DNA from: Bdellovibrionales bacterium
GTDB taxonomy: Bacteria; Bdellovibrionota; Bdellovibrionia; Bdellovibrionales; UBA1609
NCBI GenBank assembly: GCA_965219095.1
Contig: CBDCMT010000001.1
Span: 1,696,001-1,760,000 of the forward strand
DNA: 64,000 nucleotides
Direction of reading: 5' to 3'
Shown: one piece after another, positions 63,514 through 64,000 of the stretch
Layout: each line of letters opens with the position of its first letter
Numbering within the stretch: the stretch's first letter is position 1
Made by a program: the position numbers and the translations under genes
The notes under the pieces: model-generated
Told to the model about the DNA's origin: nothing
Seen by the model: only the letters and a program-made list of their open reading frames with translations
Databases searched by the model: none

Positions 63514-64000
63514 TAGTCTCAGTTACTTTCAAGTAAAAAAAAAAGTGTGATTCAAATGGCCCTCTATGAGACTTGACAGAACGAAAGATTTCCAAAAAAT
63601 TAAACATTTCCAGTTCAGAAGCTAAAAAACAAAAAAACCAAGCAATTCAATCACTTAGAAGGAATTTAACCCCCATGGGGGTTAGCACCTCCCCTATAGT
63701 GAGGGGGGAATTTTCCATGTCCGGTCAAGATCAGCTCTATTTGTTCGAAGAAATAGGAAAAAAGAATACCCATGCAAACCCCTTGAAGTTAAAAAAACCG
63801 CTTCATAAAAGAAAAGGAGGCCATATTCATGTATAGAGTACAAATGTAGCTACAGGTCAAAAAATCGTCTTCAAAGAGCTTTAAAAAGCTACTTTCAAAG
63901 CCTGAAATTTAGCTGTTTTGTACATTTTTTTTTAAAAAAGAAGAAGAAATAGCTTAATGGATGAAGAAAAAAGTCTTTTTTTTAATAGCCCTTCTAAGAT

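Noticed and set aside
63573..63836. ORF with a sigma region 4-like first half
   Set aside because: Short, looks chimeric or eroded; no product can be supported.
1..64000. tRNA or rRNA genes
   Set aside because: No cloverleaf or rRNA signature was seen by eye; tRNAscan-SE/Infernal would confirm.

Overview
AT-rich bacterial chromosome segment, most likely from a Bdellovibrionota (Bdellovibrionales-like) organism. This is inferred from the style of uL3, GlyQS, the vWA/DUF2388-like exported proteins and the gene context; no database search was run. The core is an intact S10-spc-alpha ribosomal superoperon (26159-39958). It lacks rplX, rpsN, map, infA and rpsD, and carries long extensions on uL3 and uL22 and a 98-codon Pro/Thr microsatellite tail on RpoA. 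Housekeeping genes flank it (tatB, mrp, glyQS, rng, clpA, htpX, pcnB). The remainder is an IS graveyard: at least nine element types (ISL3, IS630, IS110/IS1111, tnpABC-type and single-ORF IS66, ISAzo13, IS982, IS3, IS5), mostly frameshifted and nested, which have disrupted a type III restriction gene and a vWA lipoprotein gene. The best candidate for a new system is an IS1111-type element. Its 3' non-coding region folds by eye into a two-loop bridge/seek RNA whose guides match its own circle junction and the terminal inverted repeat of the co-resident IS630, and it is found inserted at that site. A second theme is repeated fold-back palindromic mini-elements made from the ends of three unrelated IS families.
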